Positions 10,867-22,757 of a stretch of 64,000 nt of DNA are shown in pieces. How positions within the stretch are numbered: the first letter of the stretch is position 1; each line of letters starts with the position of its first letter. The notes under the pieces were generated by a model. It did no database searches. It was not told the DNA's origin and saw only the letters and a list, made by a program, of their open reading frames with translations. The translations under genes were made by a program, and so were the position numbers. Source of the DNA: Williopsis jadinii (lineage: Eukaryota); assembly GCA_024346625.1 (NCBI GenBank), contig AP024666.1, forward strand, positions 1,116,001 to 1,180,000, given 5' to 3'.

Positions 10867-13800
10867 ATGTCCAATCCCGAACCATGGAAGACTGGCAACG
10901 AGTCCAGTGATGCCAATAGACCCGGCATGTTGCCAATTCAACAGTAAGTTGTGTCGTTTTTCCCGTTTGTGTGTGTTCTGGCTTGATGTGTGTACCTTCC
11001 ACATGGGGGTTCCAGCGTGTTGATACGCCTTTTTGGTGTAGCGTTCAACCGTGAGGGACTGATCGAACACATGGAACAGCACCATGGTGCTGTTGTTCCA
11101 TGGCGTTGATAATATGATCGCCGAGGGGGGACACATCTCTTCCAGAAGACTGTCGTTCTGAAGCTGTATACTAACTGTCTTGTTGAAGACATCAAGGTGC
11201 CCCTGTTCTACCACCACCGTCATCGTTACCACCTCCTTCATCCATGGAGTCAGGTAAGTTTCACGTTCACCCAGATGGTCTCCTCCTATAGAAAGCGGCT
11301 CAACGGGTATTGCTTCTCCTGTGCTCCGTTGAGTCGATTACGCCCTTCTACACGGGCTCTCTTAATGAGGGATCTCCACAAGCCACGAAAGTTGTTGTTT
11401 ACTAACTATCATCTTCACAGGAAGTTATTTCACACTGCCATCCATCAACGTTGCCGGTATCAACAACTCATCGCATAACTTTATGCTTAACCCAGCAAAT
11501 GTAAGTATTTCGCTCAGCAATAAGTTAGGCTGTGCATCTGAGGCCTACGCGAGGACCTTCAACTAGTTGACTGTTGTACTAACCCAAATGTATAGAAGCC
11601 ACCGCTGAGTTTTGGCTTCAAGACCGAGAATAACACCATGGCTTCTCCAACTCAGGATGCCCAGCAAGGTCCGTCACAAGCGTCGAATCAACCTCAGCAG
11701 GCTCAGCAACAGCAGCCACAGGCTCAAGCTCAACAGGCTCAACAGGTTCAACAGGCTCAACAAGCTCAACAGGTGCAACAAACTCAGCAACAGCAGCAGC
11801 AACCTCCACAACCTCAGGTTCAACTTCCAGGTCAGGCTCCAAAGCCTCACAGCAGTACCCCAACGCCAATGACTGCTTACAGACCGTTGAATGTCAAGGA
11901 CGCGTTGTCTTACCTTGACCAGGTGAAGGTTCAATTCCAGCACAGACCGGATGTCTACAACCATTTCCTTGATATAATGAAGGACTTTAAGAGCCAAAGC
12001 ATCGATACACCGGGCGTGATCGACAGAGTGGCAACTTTGTTCAGAGGCCATCCTTCTCTGATTCAAGGCTTCAACACTTTCTTGCCACCTGGCTACAGGG
12101 TTGAATGTTCGCTTGACCCTTCTGATCCAACGATTAGGGTGACAACACCTATGGGTACGACCACTCGTCTGGAGTCTAACGGCAACGGTTCTTATGACCA
12201 GTGGAACGGACAAGGTCAGCCACCACAGGGACAGCAGCAACAACAACAACAACCTGCACCACCTGGTGCACAAGTTGATCAAGGCTACATTCCATATGGA
12301 GCTCCAGATCAACAGTCTTCAATGTCTCATCTGCAAGCAGCAGCCAACAGAGGAAATGTTGGAGCGGAGCGTAAGTCTGGTGGTCCAGTGGAGTTCAACC
12401 ATGCCATCAACTATGTGAACAAGATTAAAACCAGATTTTCTCATCAACCTGATATCTATAAGCACTTCCTGGAGATCCTGCAAACATATCAGAGAGAACA
12501 GAAGCCAATTGCCGAAGTTTATCAACAGGTTACCGTTCTTTTCCAAAATGCACCTGACTTATTGGAAGATTTCAAGCAATTCCTGCCTGATACGAGTGGT
12601 GGTGCTCCTGGTGATGTCCTGACTGGTCAACACCAGCCAGCAGAATATTACCAGACTCAACCCCCTACGCAACTACCACCTGTTGGTAACTTTTCACCAC
12701 CTGTTGGAGGCCCAAAGATGAAGAAACTGGAGGTGACACACGAACAAGTGAACCATTATGATGCTTCTAAGAATAGAGAGATTCCAACATCTCATGTTAG
12801 AGGTGCAGTTAGTGGTTCCAAGCGTAAAGTCCACGAGGATGTCTCTCCAACGTTGGTTCCTGGCGTTCCTGAACCTATTCAACCACCAAACAAGACTTCC
12901 AATCTTATCGAAGAGATCGGCTTCTTTGATAAAGTTAAGAAAGCTATTGGCAGCAAGCAGAGCTATAACGAGTTTTTGAAGATTCTGAACTTGTTCAACC
13001 AAGATTTGATTGACAAGAAGGTGTTGGTTGAAAGAATTGAAGGCTTCATTGGTTCTCACCATGACCTGTTTGATTGGTTCAAAACATTTGTTGGCTTTGA
13101 TAATGAACCACTCCATATTGAAAACATTACCTTCAAGAAACACCAACTTGATCTCACTTTGTGCAAACCATATGGTCCTTCTTACAGAAAGCTTCCAAAG
13201 GTGGAGACCTATATGCCATGCTCCGGCCGTGATGAAATGTGCTGGGAAGTTTTAAATGACGAGTGGGTGGGTCATCCTACTTGGGCCTCAGAAGATTCAG
13301 GATTCATTGCCCATAGAAAGAATCAGTACGAGGAAATCCTCCACAAGATTGAGGAAGAGAGACACGAGTATGATTTCTACATGGAATCCAACTTGAGAAC
13401 AATCCAAACCCTTGAAACCATTGCCAACAGAATTGCCAACATGACTGCCGAAGAAAAGGAGACTTTCAAGTTACCTAGTGGTCTGGGTCATACCTCTCAG
13501 ACAATCTACAGAAAGGTCATCCGTAAGATTTACGGAAAGGAAAAGGGCTTCGAAGTCATCGATGCTCTACACGACCACCCAATAGCAGCAGTTCCTATTG
13601 TATTGAAAAGACTCAAACAAAAGGATGAAGAATGGAGAAGAGCCCATCGTGAGTGGAACAAGGTGTGGAGAGAACTGGAACAGAAGGTCTTTTTCAAGTC
13701 CCTTGATCATTTAGGTCTAACCTTCAAGCAGGCCGACAAGAAGTTACTGACAACCAAGCAACTTGTTTCTGAGATCTCCACCATTAAGGTCGAGCAAACA

Positions 13801-15651
13801 ACGAAGAGACTTCATCCGCTCACACCAAAACCTCAAGCTCAGCTGAATTATGAGTTCTTGGATAACGATATCCTTTACGATATTGGAAAGTTTGTGAATG
13901 TGTTCTTGGCCACGAGCTCTTACTCATCTAATGACAAGGAGAGATTATTCGAGTTCTTCAAGTCATTTTTAATCCTTTGTTTCAGTTTAGACCCAGAAGA
14001 GGTTGAACAGTCTATTAACAAGAGATTGTCAGCACAAGCTGAAAAACCAGTTGTGGCTTCATCGACGTCGGGGGATGCTGTATCAAACTCATCATCAAGC
14101 AGTGATGCGTCTCCACCAGTGAATGGCAGAAAACGTCACTTGGAAACAGATTTGTTGAAAGATGTGCTTCGGAAGTCCAAAAAGTCTCACAAGGATGACA
14201 CACCGGAAAGCTCCACATCTCCTAGTCAGGAACCTGCCATCCCGGAGGATACAGAAGACGAGACAGTTGCTGAAGATATCAATACCGGTGACTCATGGGT
14301 TCAAAGCACAGATGCTGACACTTCAAGCACCGAGAATGATAAGAGAACCGTCTTCAACATGTTCAGCAACACCAACATTTATGTCTTTTTCCGTCACTTG
14401 AGAGTTCTATATGATAGATTGAATGAGGTGAAAGGTTTGAACAATGAAGTGACTGCTGACCTTGTGTCACGCTCTGATGTTGGATTTGCAAAAGATTTGA
14501 ACTTGATCTCTAACCAACTTGAAGAAATGGGTCTCCAGTTCACGAAGTCGGACGCTTACACTCAGTTGCTGAGTCTCTCGGAGAGACTGATCGATGGCGA
14601 AGTTGAACATCAATGGTTCGAAGAGTCTATACGCCAAGCGTACAGAAACAGAGCTTACAAACTTAACAGTGTGGACAAGGTGGTACAGGCCCTGGTCAAA
14701 CACCTTCACACTATTATGACTGATCACCGTTCATCAGAAATCTTGATGTTGTTTGAAAAAGATCGCAAGGCACCTACCACCAATGCTAAGGATCAGATAA
14801 TCTATCGTAACGCTGTCAGATCTCAAATGAATCCTGATGATAACATGTTCAGAATCCAGTTTGACGTACAGAATCACAAGGTTTCCATTGAGTACGTTGC
14901 CTTGGATGACTTGACTTTGAAAGATCAAAACACTGATGAGCAGAAATGGAACTATTATCTGACGTCCTATTGTATCGCACAACCAACAGAAGGTGTCAAT
15001 GTTAGTGAAATTAGACTTCCCTTTATCAAGTCTCATGCCCTTGAAGATGGTGAGGAAGGGGATCTTGAGGGTTATACTGATTCTCAACTGAAGATTAAAG
15101 TCGCCCGTGATACGTACAAGCTCTTCTTTGAACCCAAGTCTCATGATGAGTTTACGAGATATTCAACTTATAATACTCTCACTACGAAAAACACTAAAAA
15201 AGACAACAAGTTTGGCAAAGTTCTGCAAAGAAAAGCCAAGGAAGTTTACCAGGATGATGATGCGATTCTAAATATGGGTGCTTCATTGAAGATCTTGAAA
15301 GAAGATCCAAAGAAATTCTTGGAGGCTATGGAACAGAAAGCCAGAGATTCAGAGAAGCAAATTGATGAGGACCAGACCATCGAAAAGGCTGATGAGACTA
15401 TCCCTGAAGTCACTGTAACGAAGAAGACCAATCCTGCTATTTCTTCGGTATTGGATCAAGATGTGACTGTCGATGCTGACTCAACCATTCCACAGGATGA
15501 TTCTATGAGAGCCAATGACTCCACTGCTGATGAAGCTGCCATTGCTGATGAATCAAATAACGCTACAGCCATCACTGAACACGCCAACGCAACTACTGAT
15601 ACTCTCCCTAGTACCGAGACAGACAAAGACGGCGATCATAAGGTTGAATAA
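10867..15651 (+). CDS. SIN3: Sin3 HDAC scaffold; exons 10867..10943, 11189..11253, 11421..11500, 11596..15651
   Basis: PAH1 (LNVKDALSYLDQVK), PAH2 (VEFNHAINYVNKIK), PAH3 and HID (CSGRDEMCWEVLNDEWV). Three GTAAGT...TACTAAC...AG introns splice in frame into the 11638 ORF and restore a TLPSI N-terminal motif. Confidence 0.95.
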
Positions 15652-15725
15652 ATCCTGTATATTGTATACTAGTATTATAATTGATTGATGTTATTCTATT
15701 GATACTTTTGAAGTATAGCTAAACT

Positions 15726-16976
15726 TCATAGCTCAGAGTCCATATCGACACCGAAATCAGCCAATGACTCACCGTACCTATTTTCCCATTGACTTCTGAC
15801 AGCTCCAGTCTTTCTTCTCCTTATGACTCTTTCGTTCTCATCGAAGAATTGATCTGATTGCTGATCAATTGTTGCATCTGAGTCTTTATCTTGGTGCCAT
15901 CCATCAGGAGGCCAAGGCATAGAGCTCAGGTCATCCTCCGGTTCAACATATTCGTTTACTGGGAAGGTTAATCCATCGCCAATTGGCCCTGCCAATGGGA
16001 GGATCCATTTGTACGGATGACCAAAAGCATGAATCAAGTTGCTCCAAGGCCCCAAGTCATATGGAAATATTATGCCATCTATTCCAAACTGGGCATAGTC
16101 AGACTCGTCCATAGAATCTCTCAACACTTGAGGAGTCATAGACCAAGAAGTGTACGATTTCAGATCCTTTCCAAATAGCTTCCTGTAATTATCACGGAGA
16201 ATGGGGTAGAGCTTACCATTTTCGCATTGCTCTTCTAGTCTCTCATATTCCCAACATTCTATCTGGGTCATTCCGGATGAGAGAATATGGTAGAAGCATC
16301 TAATTGCTAACACTCCAACTGAGACTTCCACCAGAATGGCCAAGGGCGTTAAGACTATAGCCATTGTCAATGAAGTCTTTGAAATCAAATAGCTGGGTAA
16401 ATGGCGATCATCCCAATAACTTTTATCACGTTTCAGTAAGTAGTAGAGACAGAAGCCATTTGTCCACACAACCCATAACAGGAACCTTAGGAAATGTGGC
16501 ATGTTGTAATGACCAACACAGTTTGCAGTCCATGGGCCTAAGTTCCGATGTCAGTAACGACTTGCTTGCTTTCTCAAGAGCCTGAGCAGATACTCACAAT
16601 GATGATCCATCTTGAGCACACAAACTCCACATGTCTTACAGTGGTGAGCTCGCTCTGGCTTATAACAGTTGCACTTCTTGCACCACTTTCTCCATTGTCC
16701 ACGTCTTGGTTCAAAATCAGATGGTGGCGAGCCAGGCTTCTTATAGATGGCGATGATGTACGAGACCCAGAGCATTGTTAGCGATAACTGAAATACAATC
16801 TGTTTCTCTATGGAGAGATCTTCTATGAAGAAGAAGTAATGGCTCGCATAACCCAGAGTTGCAATGATCGCAACGGGGATCTATGAAGCGAGTTAGTACA
16901 CATTTGGATATGGATGGTTGCAATGTGGGACCACACGTACTCCAATCCCATAGAAGGGACTCAGTTGATATGCCAT
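15726..16976 (-). CDS. PFA4: DHHC palmitoyltransferase; exons 16941..16976, 16598..16880, 15726..16537
   Basis: The spliced product contains CKKCNCYKPERAHHCKTCGVCVLKMDHHCPWTANCVG, FPYDLG and WPPDG. Two 60-nt introns (GTACGT..TACTAAC..TAG; GTGAGT..TACTGAC..TAG). Convergent with SIN3 as in S. cerevisiae. Confidence 0.93.
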
Positions 16977-17160
16977 TCCCGCAGATGTACAGGACAGGTG
17001 AATGATTGCAGTTGCCTTGATCTCTATTTATGATGAGAAAACAATGAAAAGTCATCTCTAAGAAGAAGTTATCATGGTATGAACGATATAATTATGACAA
17101 TTATAATTATTCCTTCCTGGACAATCGTCCTATTCTCCGAAAACCGAAAAAACAAGAGAA

Positions 17161-17233
17161 GCTTCTATGGCCAAGTTGGTAAGGCGCTACACTAGTAATG
17201 TAGCGATCCTCAGTTCGACTCTGAGTGGAAGCA
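17161..17233 (+). tRNA. tRNA-Thr, anticodon AGT, intronless
   Basis: GCTTCTA/TGGAAGC acceptor stem, D-loop TGGCCAAGTTGGTAAGGC, anticodon arm CTACA-CTAGTAA-TGTAG, T-loop GTTCGAC. Confidence 0.96.
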
Positions 17234-17239
17234 CTCTTA

Positions 17240-17246
17240 TTTTTTT
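17240..17246 (+). terminator. Pol III oligo-T terminator of the tRNA
   Basis: T7 run beginning 7 nt after the tRNA 3' end. Confidence 0.8.
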
Positions 17247-17455
17247 ATGCCTTAGGCTGTGGTTATGAGCGCGAGCATGTGGAAGAAATATTAAGGTGGT
17301 GAGCTCATCGAGTCAAAGATACCAATATCAGTCTGTTTGAATTGCAGATACAACGAATTGCTAAGCAGCTATCAGCTATAATTTGTGTTATTCTTACACG
17401 CTAGTGTCGTGTTCCTTCATTGCTACTAACAAACTGTCATAATCTCAAACACACA

Positions 17456-18748
17456 ATGGGCTTTTCTGACGGTCACAGTGTTCAAGACCATAATGGGCCG
17501 TTGAGGAAGAAGCAACGGAAGAGTCAAAACACACAGGGGGCGAACGGCGAGAACCCGATAACGTTCTGGGATCTGTTCAGAAGAGAGATCTCACCATCTG
17601 AGGATAAAATAACCGAGATACATGTCTACGACTTTGACAATACCCTGTTTAGATCACCTTTACCGAATCCGGCACTCTTCACCTACAAGGCCATCGGCAC
17701 ACTGTCCGATGGTACAACCATGTTGGACCTAGGCTGGTGGCAAGACCCAGTGCCTTTTGACAAGATTGCTGAGACATCAGAAGATGGGAGCAGGCATTGG
17801 AATAGCTACTGGAACGACGATATTCTCCCGCTGTTGGAGCTTTCGCACAAGAACGAACAGGTGCTGACCATAATTATGACTGGGAGAAAGAAGCACCTGT
17901 TCCGGGACATCATGAGTGAAATGTTGCAGTCAAAGGGGATCACTGCAGATGCTGTTGTGCTGAAAGAGGGTAAATTCGTCAACACAATCAGCTACAAGAC
18001 CCAGGTATTAGTTGACATGCTAGAACGCTACACCAACGTCAAGCTTGTTAAGATCTTTGAAGATCGTGAGAACCAAATGAAAGGATTCCAGAAGTTCTTG
18101 AATGAATACATCGATGCAGTGAACCCAGATATGGTCTATTCTATCATTCCAGTTTATGCCTTGAAATGTTTCTTATCTCCTCAGGATGAGATTGAAGTTG
18201 TCACCAATGAGATTACAAAATATAATAACAAAGTCTCCAACATGAGATCAAAGGCACACAGCAAGAAGTATGCGAGCTTGGCCTTGCGGAAGAGTTTCGT
18301 GTTCGTCTCGTACTACCTGAGCGAATTGGAAAGGGCCGTAGTATTGAGAGACATACAGCAGGAGTTACCCAATGTGTTCACTGAAGAGGTCATGGACACT
18401 TATAGATTCGAACTAGAACATATACCACTGACAAGAGGGATGATGGCCAGAAAGACTTATATGTCACTTTCAAAGTCTCACAAAGAGTTGCAATGGAATC
18501 TGACACATGTTGGACTTGGAGATGGGATGATCAGCTTCAAAGTCGCACCTTGTACCGACGACGTGATCAAAACACTTTTAACGCCTGCTCTATTACCGGC
18601 TTGCACGTCGTCAACGAGCAACACAGTCCCTGAAGACTACTCTGCGATATCAGACTGGATAGATATTCAAGCTAAAGGTCTTAAAGTCAACACAACTCTG
18701 ACGCAGCTTGTCAAGTTCAACATCACTTCAGATGGGAAAAAGATTTGA
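17456..18748 (+). CDS. HAD-superfamily (Swiss-Army-Knife RNA-repair-like) phosphatase, YMR265C-like
   Basis: HAD motif I IHVYDFDNTLFRSP, motif II MTGR, motif IV IFEDR. Near CUE1/SAP30 as YMR265C is. First ATG at 17456. Confidence 0.8.
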   Translation: MGFSDGHSVQDHNGPLRKKQRKSQNTQGANGENPITFWDLFRREISPSEDKITEIHVYDFDNTLFRSPLPNPALFTYKAIGTLSDGTTMLDLGWWQDPVPFDKIAETSEDGSRHWNSYWNDDILPLLELSHKNEQVLTIIMTGRKKHLFRDIMSEMLQSKGITADAVVLKEGKFVNTISYKTQVLVDMLERYTNVKLVKIFEDRENQMKGFQKFLNEYIDAVNPDMVYSIIPVYALKCFLSPQDEIEVVTNEITKYNNKVSNMRSKAHSKKYASLALRKSFVFVSYYLSELERAVVLRDIQQELPNVFTEEVMDTYRFELEHIPLTRGMMARKTYMSLSKSHKELQWNLTHVGLGDGMISFKVAPCTDDVIKTLLTPALLPACTSSTSNTVPEDYSAISDWIDIQAKGLKVNTTLTQLVKFNITSDGKKI

Positions 18749-19299
18749 AATAACTAGACTACAGATAAAACATGATAATCCAAAGGGATGAAAGTCATCG
18801 ACAACGACAAAGAAACTTGTATGTAGTTGTAACACATGTTGGGATACACCGGCCAGTGCTTTTGGGTTGAGATCAAAAATACACATAAGGCACTAAGAAT
18901 ATCCAGCCCCAATTGTCATATAGATTCAATTGAAGCAAAACATTAATATCTGCACAAGATCGGCACCACAGGGACGTAGTATTCAATCCGTCACGAGTGG
19001 GATTTGACTAAATGTGCAAGACTATATAGCTTTCTATATACACACAGTGGTTCCTGTTAGGCTTAAAAGCTACTGCTTAAGCCCTTGGTAAGAACATGAG
19101 TTCAAGACAACCTCTGTTACCTTTGAAAGTTCTTGAGGACGCAACAGTCCGCTCCAACGCCGAGAGAACCAACCATTCACTGTGAAGAAGCAGGAAGTTG
19201 TTTAGAGAAGAAAGAAGAAGTAGGAATTGGAAGAATTTTCCTTTATACCGGTGATGAGGCTGCGTTACCCTACCGTCATACTGACGAAGAGAGCACAGA

Positions 19300-19322
19300 A
19301 CGCGAAACTTCAACTGACGCGT
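19300..19322. promoter_or_regulatory. MCB/SCB-type pair upstream of CAC2
   Basis: ACGCGAAA at 19300 and ACGCGT at 19317. Confidence 0.65.
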
Positions 19323-19406
19323 CGATGCAAACAAAGCTTTTCGTGTTTGTGTTTACGAGTATTTGTTCATCACTGTTGGTTCATCAGTTAAACTGAGCTG
19401 TAAACA

Positions 19407-20987
19407 ATGGATGTGTCTATTCTGTCTGTCCATTGGCATGAAGGGAAGCAGCCTGTGTACAGCGTTGACTTTCAGCCCTCCACGTCGGGCACTAGCGAGA
19501 CGTCCAAGAGGCTGGCGACTGGAGGTGGTGACAATAATGTTAGGATCTGGCGGTTAGTGGAGGTGCTTAAAGACAACGGTGAGGTTGAGACGAGTGTCGA
19601 GTATCTTTCGACTCTGGCTAAGCACACTCAAGCCGTTAATGCTGTGAGATTCAACCCCAATGGAGAGCTGCTGGCCACTGCAGGAGACGATGGCAGTGTA
19701 ATGGTATGGCAAAGAAGCGACACGCTGATCAAGGAGTTTGGACAAGAGGATGACGATAGACAGGAATCATGGACTACAACGTTGGTGTGTCGTTCTAATA
19801 ACTCTGAGATATACGATATAGCATGGTCTCCGGACTCGAAGTACATCCTAACAGGCTCGACGGATAATGTCTCGAGGATATTCGATGCAAAGACAGGACA
19901 ACAGGTAACGCAATTGTCAGACCACAGCCATTATGTCCAAGGAGTTGCCTGGGATCCCCTGAACAAGTACATTGCGCTCCAGAGTGCTGACCGTTCGGTT
20001 AGTATCTACGAGCTGAAGGACTCGAAAGATTCAAGGCCTTTGACCCCATGTCTAGTTCAAAAGAGCTCGAGAGCCGAAATCGGCACCAGAGCACGGGAAA
20101 CATCGACACAGCTGGGATCTTCTCCTTTAAAGTCATCCACTGATATCTCCAGTCCTGCTTCTCAAGCCCCACCTCAAAGAACTACGTTATTGTATCATCC
20201 TGAGGGTCTCCGCTCATTCTTTAGAAGATTGACATTTTCTCCAGATGGAAGTTTCCTACTGACACCCGCTGGTATCTCCAAGACGTTTGACTCTGATGAG
20301 GAATACCTGAACACTGTGTACTTCTACACGAGGAAAGGGCTTAACAAGCCTCCAATTGCACACTTGCCAGGCATGAAGAAACCTGCGTTGATTGTATCGT
20401 TTTCACCGATCTTCTACAAATTGGATGAATCTGAGAAAGAGAACTGTTCATTACACTTACCTTATAAGATGGTGTTTGCTGTTGCCACCGTTGACTCGAT
20501 CTATATCTTTGACACCCAACATTTAGAGATGCTAGGATCGGTTTCCAGTATTCATTACAGTACGCTGACTGATCTTACGTGGAACGCAGACGGCCAATCG
20601 CTGATCGTTAGCTCTACAGATGGATTCTGTACAAAGCTCAAGTTCAACACAGGAATATTCGGTGAAGTGTTGACAGTCCCATTCCAATCGTTAATCTCTG
20701 GAGATTATACACATTGTGCAGCTTCAACAAAGAAGAGAACGTCACCAAAGAACACCGAATCTTGTAAGAGAAGCAGGATTGAAGATACCCCTACAAAGAC
20801 TGTAAAACAAGCTGAATCGAATCTCTTGGATACTAGTGCACCACCGTTTATCATTGGCATGTTGAAGAAGACCACCAAAGAGGAACCGAAAGCTGATAAA
20901 AACGAGCAAGTGATACATACTCCACCTGTGAAACAGAAGAAGAGGGTAGCCCCAACGTTAATAACCCCCTCCAACACTTCCAAATAA
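19407..20987 (+). CDS. CAC2: Chromatin assembly factor-1 p60 WD40 subunit
   Basis: RLATGGGDNNVRIW, HTQAVNAVRF, HYVQGVAWDP and SFFRRLTFSPDG; C-terminal Asf1-binding B-domain KKRVAPTLI. Confidence 0.95.
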   Translation: MDVSILSVHWHEGKQPVYSVDFQPSTSGTSETSKRLATGGGDNNVRIWRLVEVLKDNGEVETSVEYLSTLAKHTQAVNAVRFNPNGELLATAGDDGSVMVWQRSDTLIKEFGQEDDDRQESWTTTLVCRSNNSEIYDIAWSPDSKYILTGSTDNVSRIFDAKTGQQVTQLSDHSHYVQGVAWDPLNKYIALQSADRSVSIYELKDSKDSRPLTPCLVQKSSRAEIGTRARETSTQLGSSPLKSSTDISSPASQAPPQRTTLLYHPEGLRSFFRRLTFSPDGSFLLTPAGISKTFDSDEEYLNTVYFYTRKGLNKPPIAHLPGMKKPALIVSFSPIFYKLDESEKENCSLHLPYKMVFAVATVDSIYIFDTQHLEMLGSVSSIHYSTLTDLTWNADGQSLIVSSTDGFCTKLKFNTGIFGEVLTVPFQSLISGDYTHCAASTKKRTSPKNTESCKRSRIEDTPTKTVKQAESNLLDTSAPPFIIGMLKKTTKEEPKADKNEQVIHTPPVKQKKRVAPTLITPSNTSK

Positions 20988-21035
20988 CAACTACACCAAA
21001 GAACACATATATATAATGGACAAAGAAGGAATGTA

Positions 21036-21671
21036 TCATTCAGTCAACACGCTTAAATCCTGTTCATTGGACAGCTGTGCCTGTAATCGCTTTCTAGCCT
21101 TCAAGATCATCTCAGCCTTCTTCTCCTGTAGTGTCTTAGCCCTCACATCTGGCGAGTCTGACCATTGGGCCTTGACGGTCTTCTTCTCAACGCTGCTTGA
21201 GTCAGAAGAGCTCATCTCGTCAACATTGTACTTCTTCAACAAGTTTTCTGACTTGATATTGTCCACCTTGTTTCTTCTGTCACCATTTGCCTCGTGTGTA
21301 TCGTTTCTAGTGGCGTCACTAGACGCAGAACGCTGTGTATACCCTGGTGGATAGGGCAATGTTCCCTCACTCAGCACACGCTCCACAGTCTCCTGTACAG
21401 ATCCAGTTCGTTGCAGGTCATACTGGATCTGCTCTACAGACAGATGAGGTGCAATGCTCTGTACCACCTCAACCATGTCAGTGGTGACGGCACGACGTAT
21501 CGGATGCGCATCGTGATTAGCTCTTCCAGCAGCACCTGTCTCGCCAGAGGCAACGTCAAGCTGATCAAGAGGTGAAATCACCTCCGACTCTTCAGAGTTA
21601 ACGAACCATCTTAGAAAAACGAACGCAACAACAAGTGTCACCACAAATGTTATCGTAGTGTTATCAGCCAT
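21036..21671 (-). CDS. CUE1: ER membrane CUE-domain ERAD factor (Cue1/Cue4)
   Basis: N-terminal TM helix, CUE domain (VTTDMVEVVQSIAPHLSVEQIQYDLQRTGSV), C-terminal Ubc7-binding KKAEMILKARKRL. Confidence 0.9.
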   Translation of the reverse strand: MADNTTITFVVTLVVAFVFLRWFVNSEESEVISPLDQLDVASGETGAAGRANHDAHPIRRAVTTDMVEVVQSIAPHLSVEQIQYDLQRTGSVQETVERVLSEGTLPYPPGYTQRSASSDATRNDTHEANGDRRNKVDNIKSENLLKKYNVDEMSSSDSSSVEKKTVKAQWSDSPDVRAKTLQEKKAEMILKARKRLQAQLSNEQDLSVLTE

Positions 21672-22028
21672 GGTGTAAGATCTCTTTCTCTCCCGCTGGC
21701 TGTGCCCGTGTGGTTGTTTTCCCGTTGGTAGAACTGTTCTGTTGGGAATTTTGGAGCCAAATTAGTCGATTTGCCCGGTTGTTCGCTGGCCCGGTTGTTC
21801 GCGGTGGGTTTTTCGTACGCAGTGCGCACGCGCGGGAAGCGAGTTCCTATGGGAGGTTACAACGGGCGATAACAGGCTTATGGGTGCTACAAAATGAACA
21901 TTCGCTGTGTAGGAATACACCGTAGGTGAGTAGAGTTGTTGAGACTGTTAACTACAGCGAGTCAGTGAGACGACTGGGCGTGAGAAAGTGTTGTCGTCTT
22001 CAAAATCTGAGTGCTATGGATGAATCCC

Positions 22029-22487
22029 TCAGGGACTCTTGAAATTCAACTTGAATGCCTTATCCTGGTTATTTGCCTTGTAGAGGAAGTTGGTGATGAT
22101 CTCGCTCTCCTTCACGGGCTGCGACACGAAGTGCTTCTTGACCGCAGCAGCGAGCGTTGGCTTGGTGACTCTGTTTTTATGTTTATAACTCCACGTCTTC
22201 TTCCCTGTCTCTGACTCAAGCATGTACCCGTTCATCGTGAGCGCATCTTCAAGGGGTAGGTGGTAAAGGTCCTTATACTCTCTCAGCGTCTTGATGGGCA
22301 GGGTTTCGAAGTCCATCGGGTCCAAAGGTGGTCTATCGTTGGGTCCATTGGAGTGAATATGTCTCGCTAGCAGCTCTGCCTGTGCAGCCTGTGCAGCTGC
22401 GTTTCTTGCCTTTGTAGAAGCCCTGGAATTAGAGGGCTTGGATTCACTCTCCGATACTGAGGGGTCTCTGTTTACCTTTGGAGGCAT
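22029..22487 (-). CDS. SAP30: Rpd3L subunit Sap30
   Basis: PMDFETLP..TLREY and LAAAVKKHF..QPVKESEIITNFLYK Sin3-binding domain; adjacent to CUE1 as in S. cerevisiae. Confidence 0.9.
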   Translation of the reverse strand: MPPKVNRDPSVSESESKPSNSRASTKARNAAAQAAQAELLARHIHSNGPNDRPPLDPMDFETLPIKTLREYKDLYHLPLEDALTMNGYMLESETGKKTWSYKHKNRVTKPTLAAAVKKHFVSQPVKESEIITNFLYKANNQDKAFKLNFKSP

Positions 22488-22757
22488 CGTTATGCTGGTG
22501 AAACTGATCGATGTGCAGTTGTTGGCGTTTAAGTGGTGATATTGTTACCGCCTTTTCCTGTTTGTATATATGGCGTTGTTGAAACACCCGTACACCAGGG
22601 TACACCCACACATCAACGGTTCATTTTACACAGTTGTTATAGAACTTTCCAACCAATGATGTGATTCTACAAGGTGAAAAGTGTAGTTGTGATTGTTCGG
22701 ATAAATATGTATTAATATTCTTGAAGCGTATATACGTTTCCATTTTTTTAGCAGGAC

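Noticed and set aside
10693..11241. 182-aa minus-strand ORF
   Set aside because: It is antisense to SIN3 exons 1-2 and intron 1, with no recognisable domain.
17029..17120. ATGATGA C-box-like motif suggesting a C/D snoRNA upstream of the tRNA
   Set aside because: No matching CTGA D box or terminal stem at a suitable distance.
17424..17430. TACTAAC just upstream of the HAD gene ATG, suggesting an intron
   Set aside because: No convincing donor with an in-frame upstream exon, and the first AG is about 48 nt away, unlike the 11-18 nt seen elsewhere.
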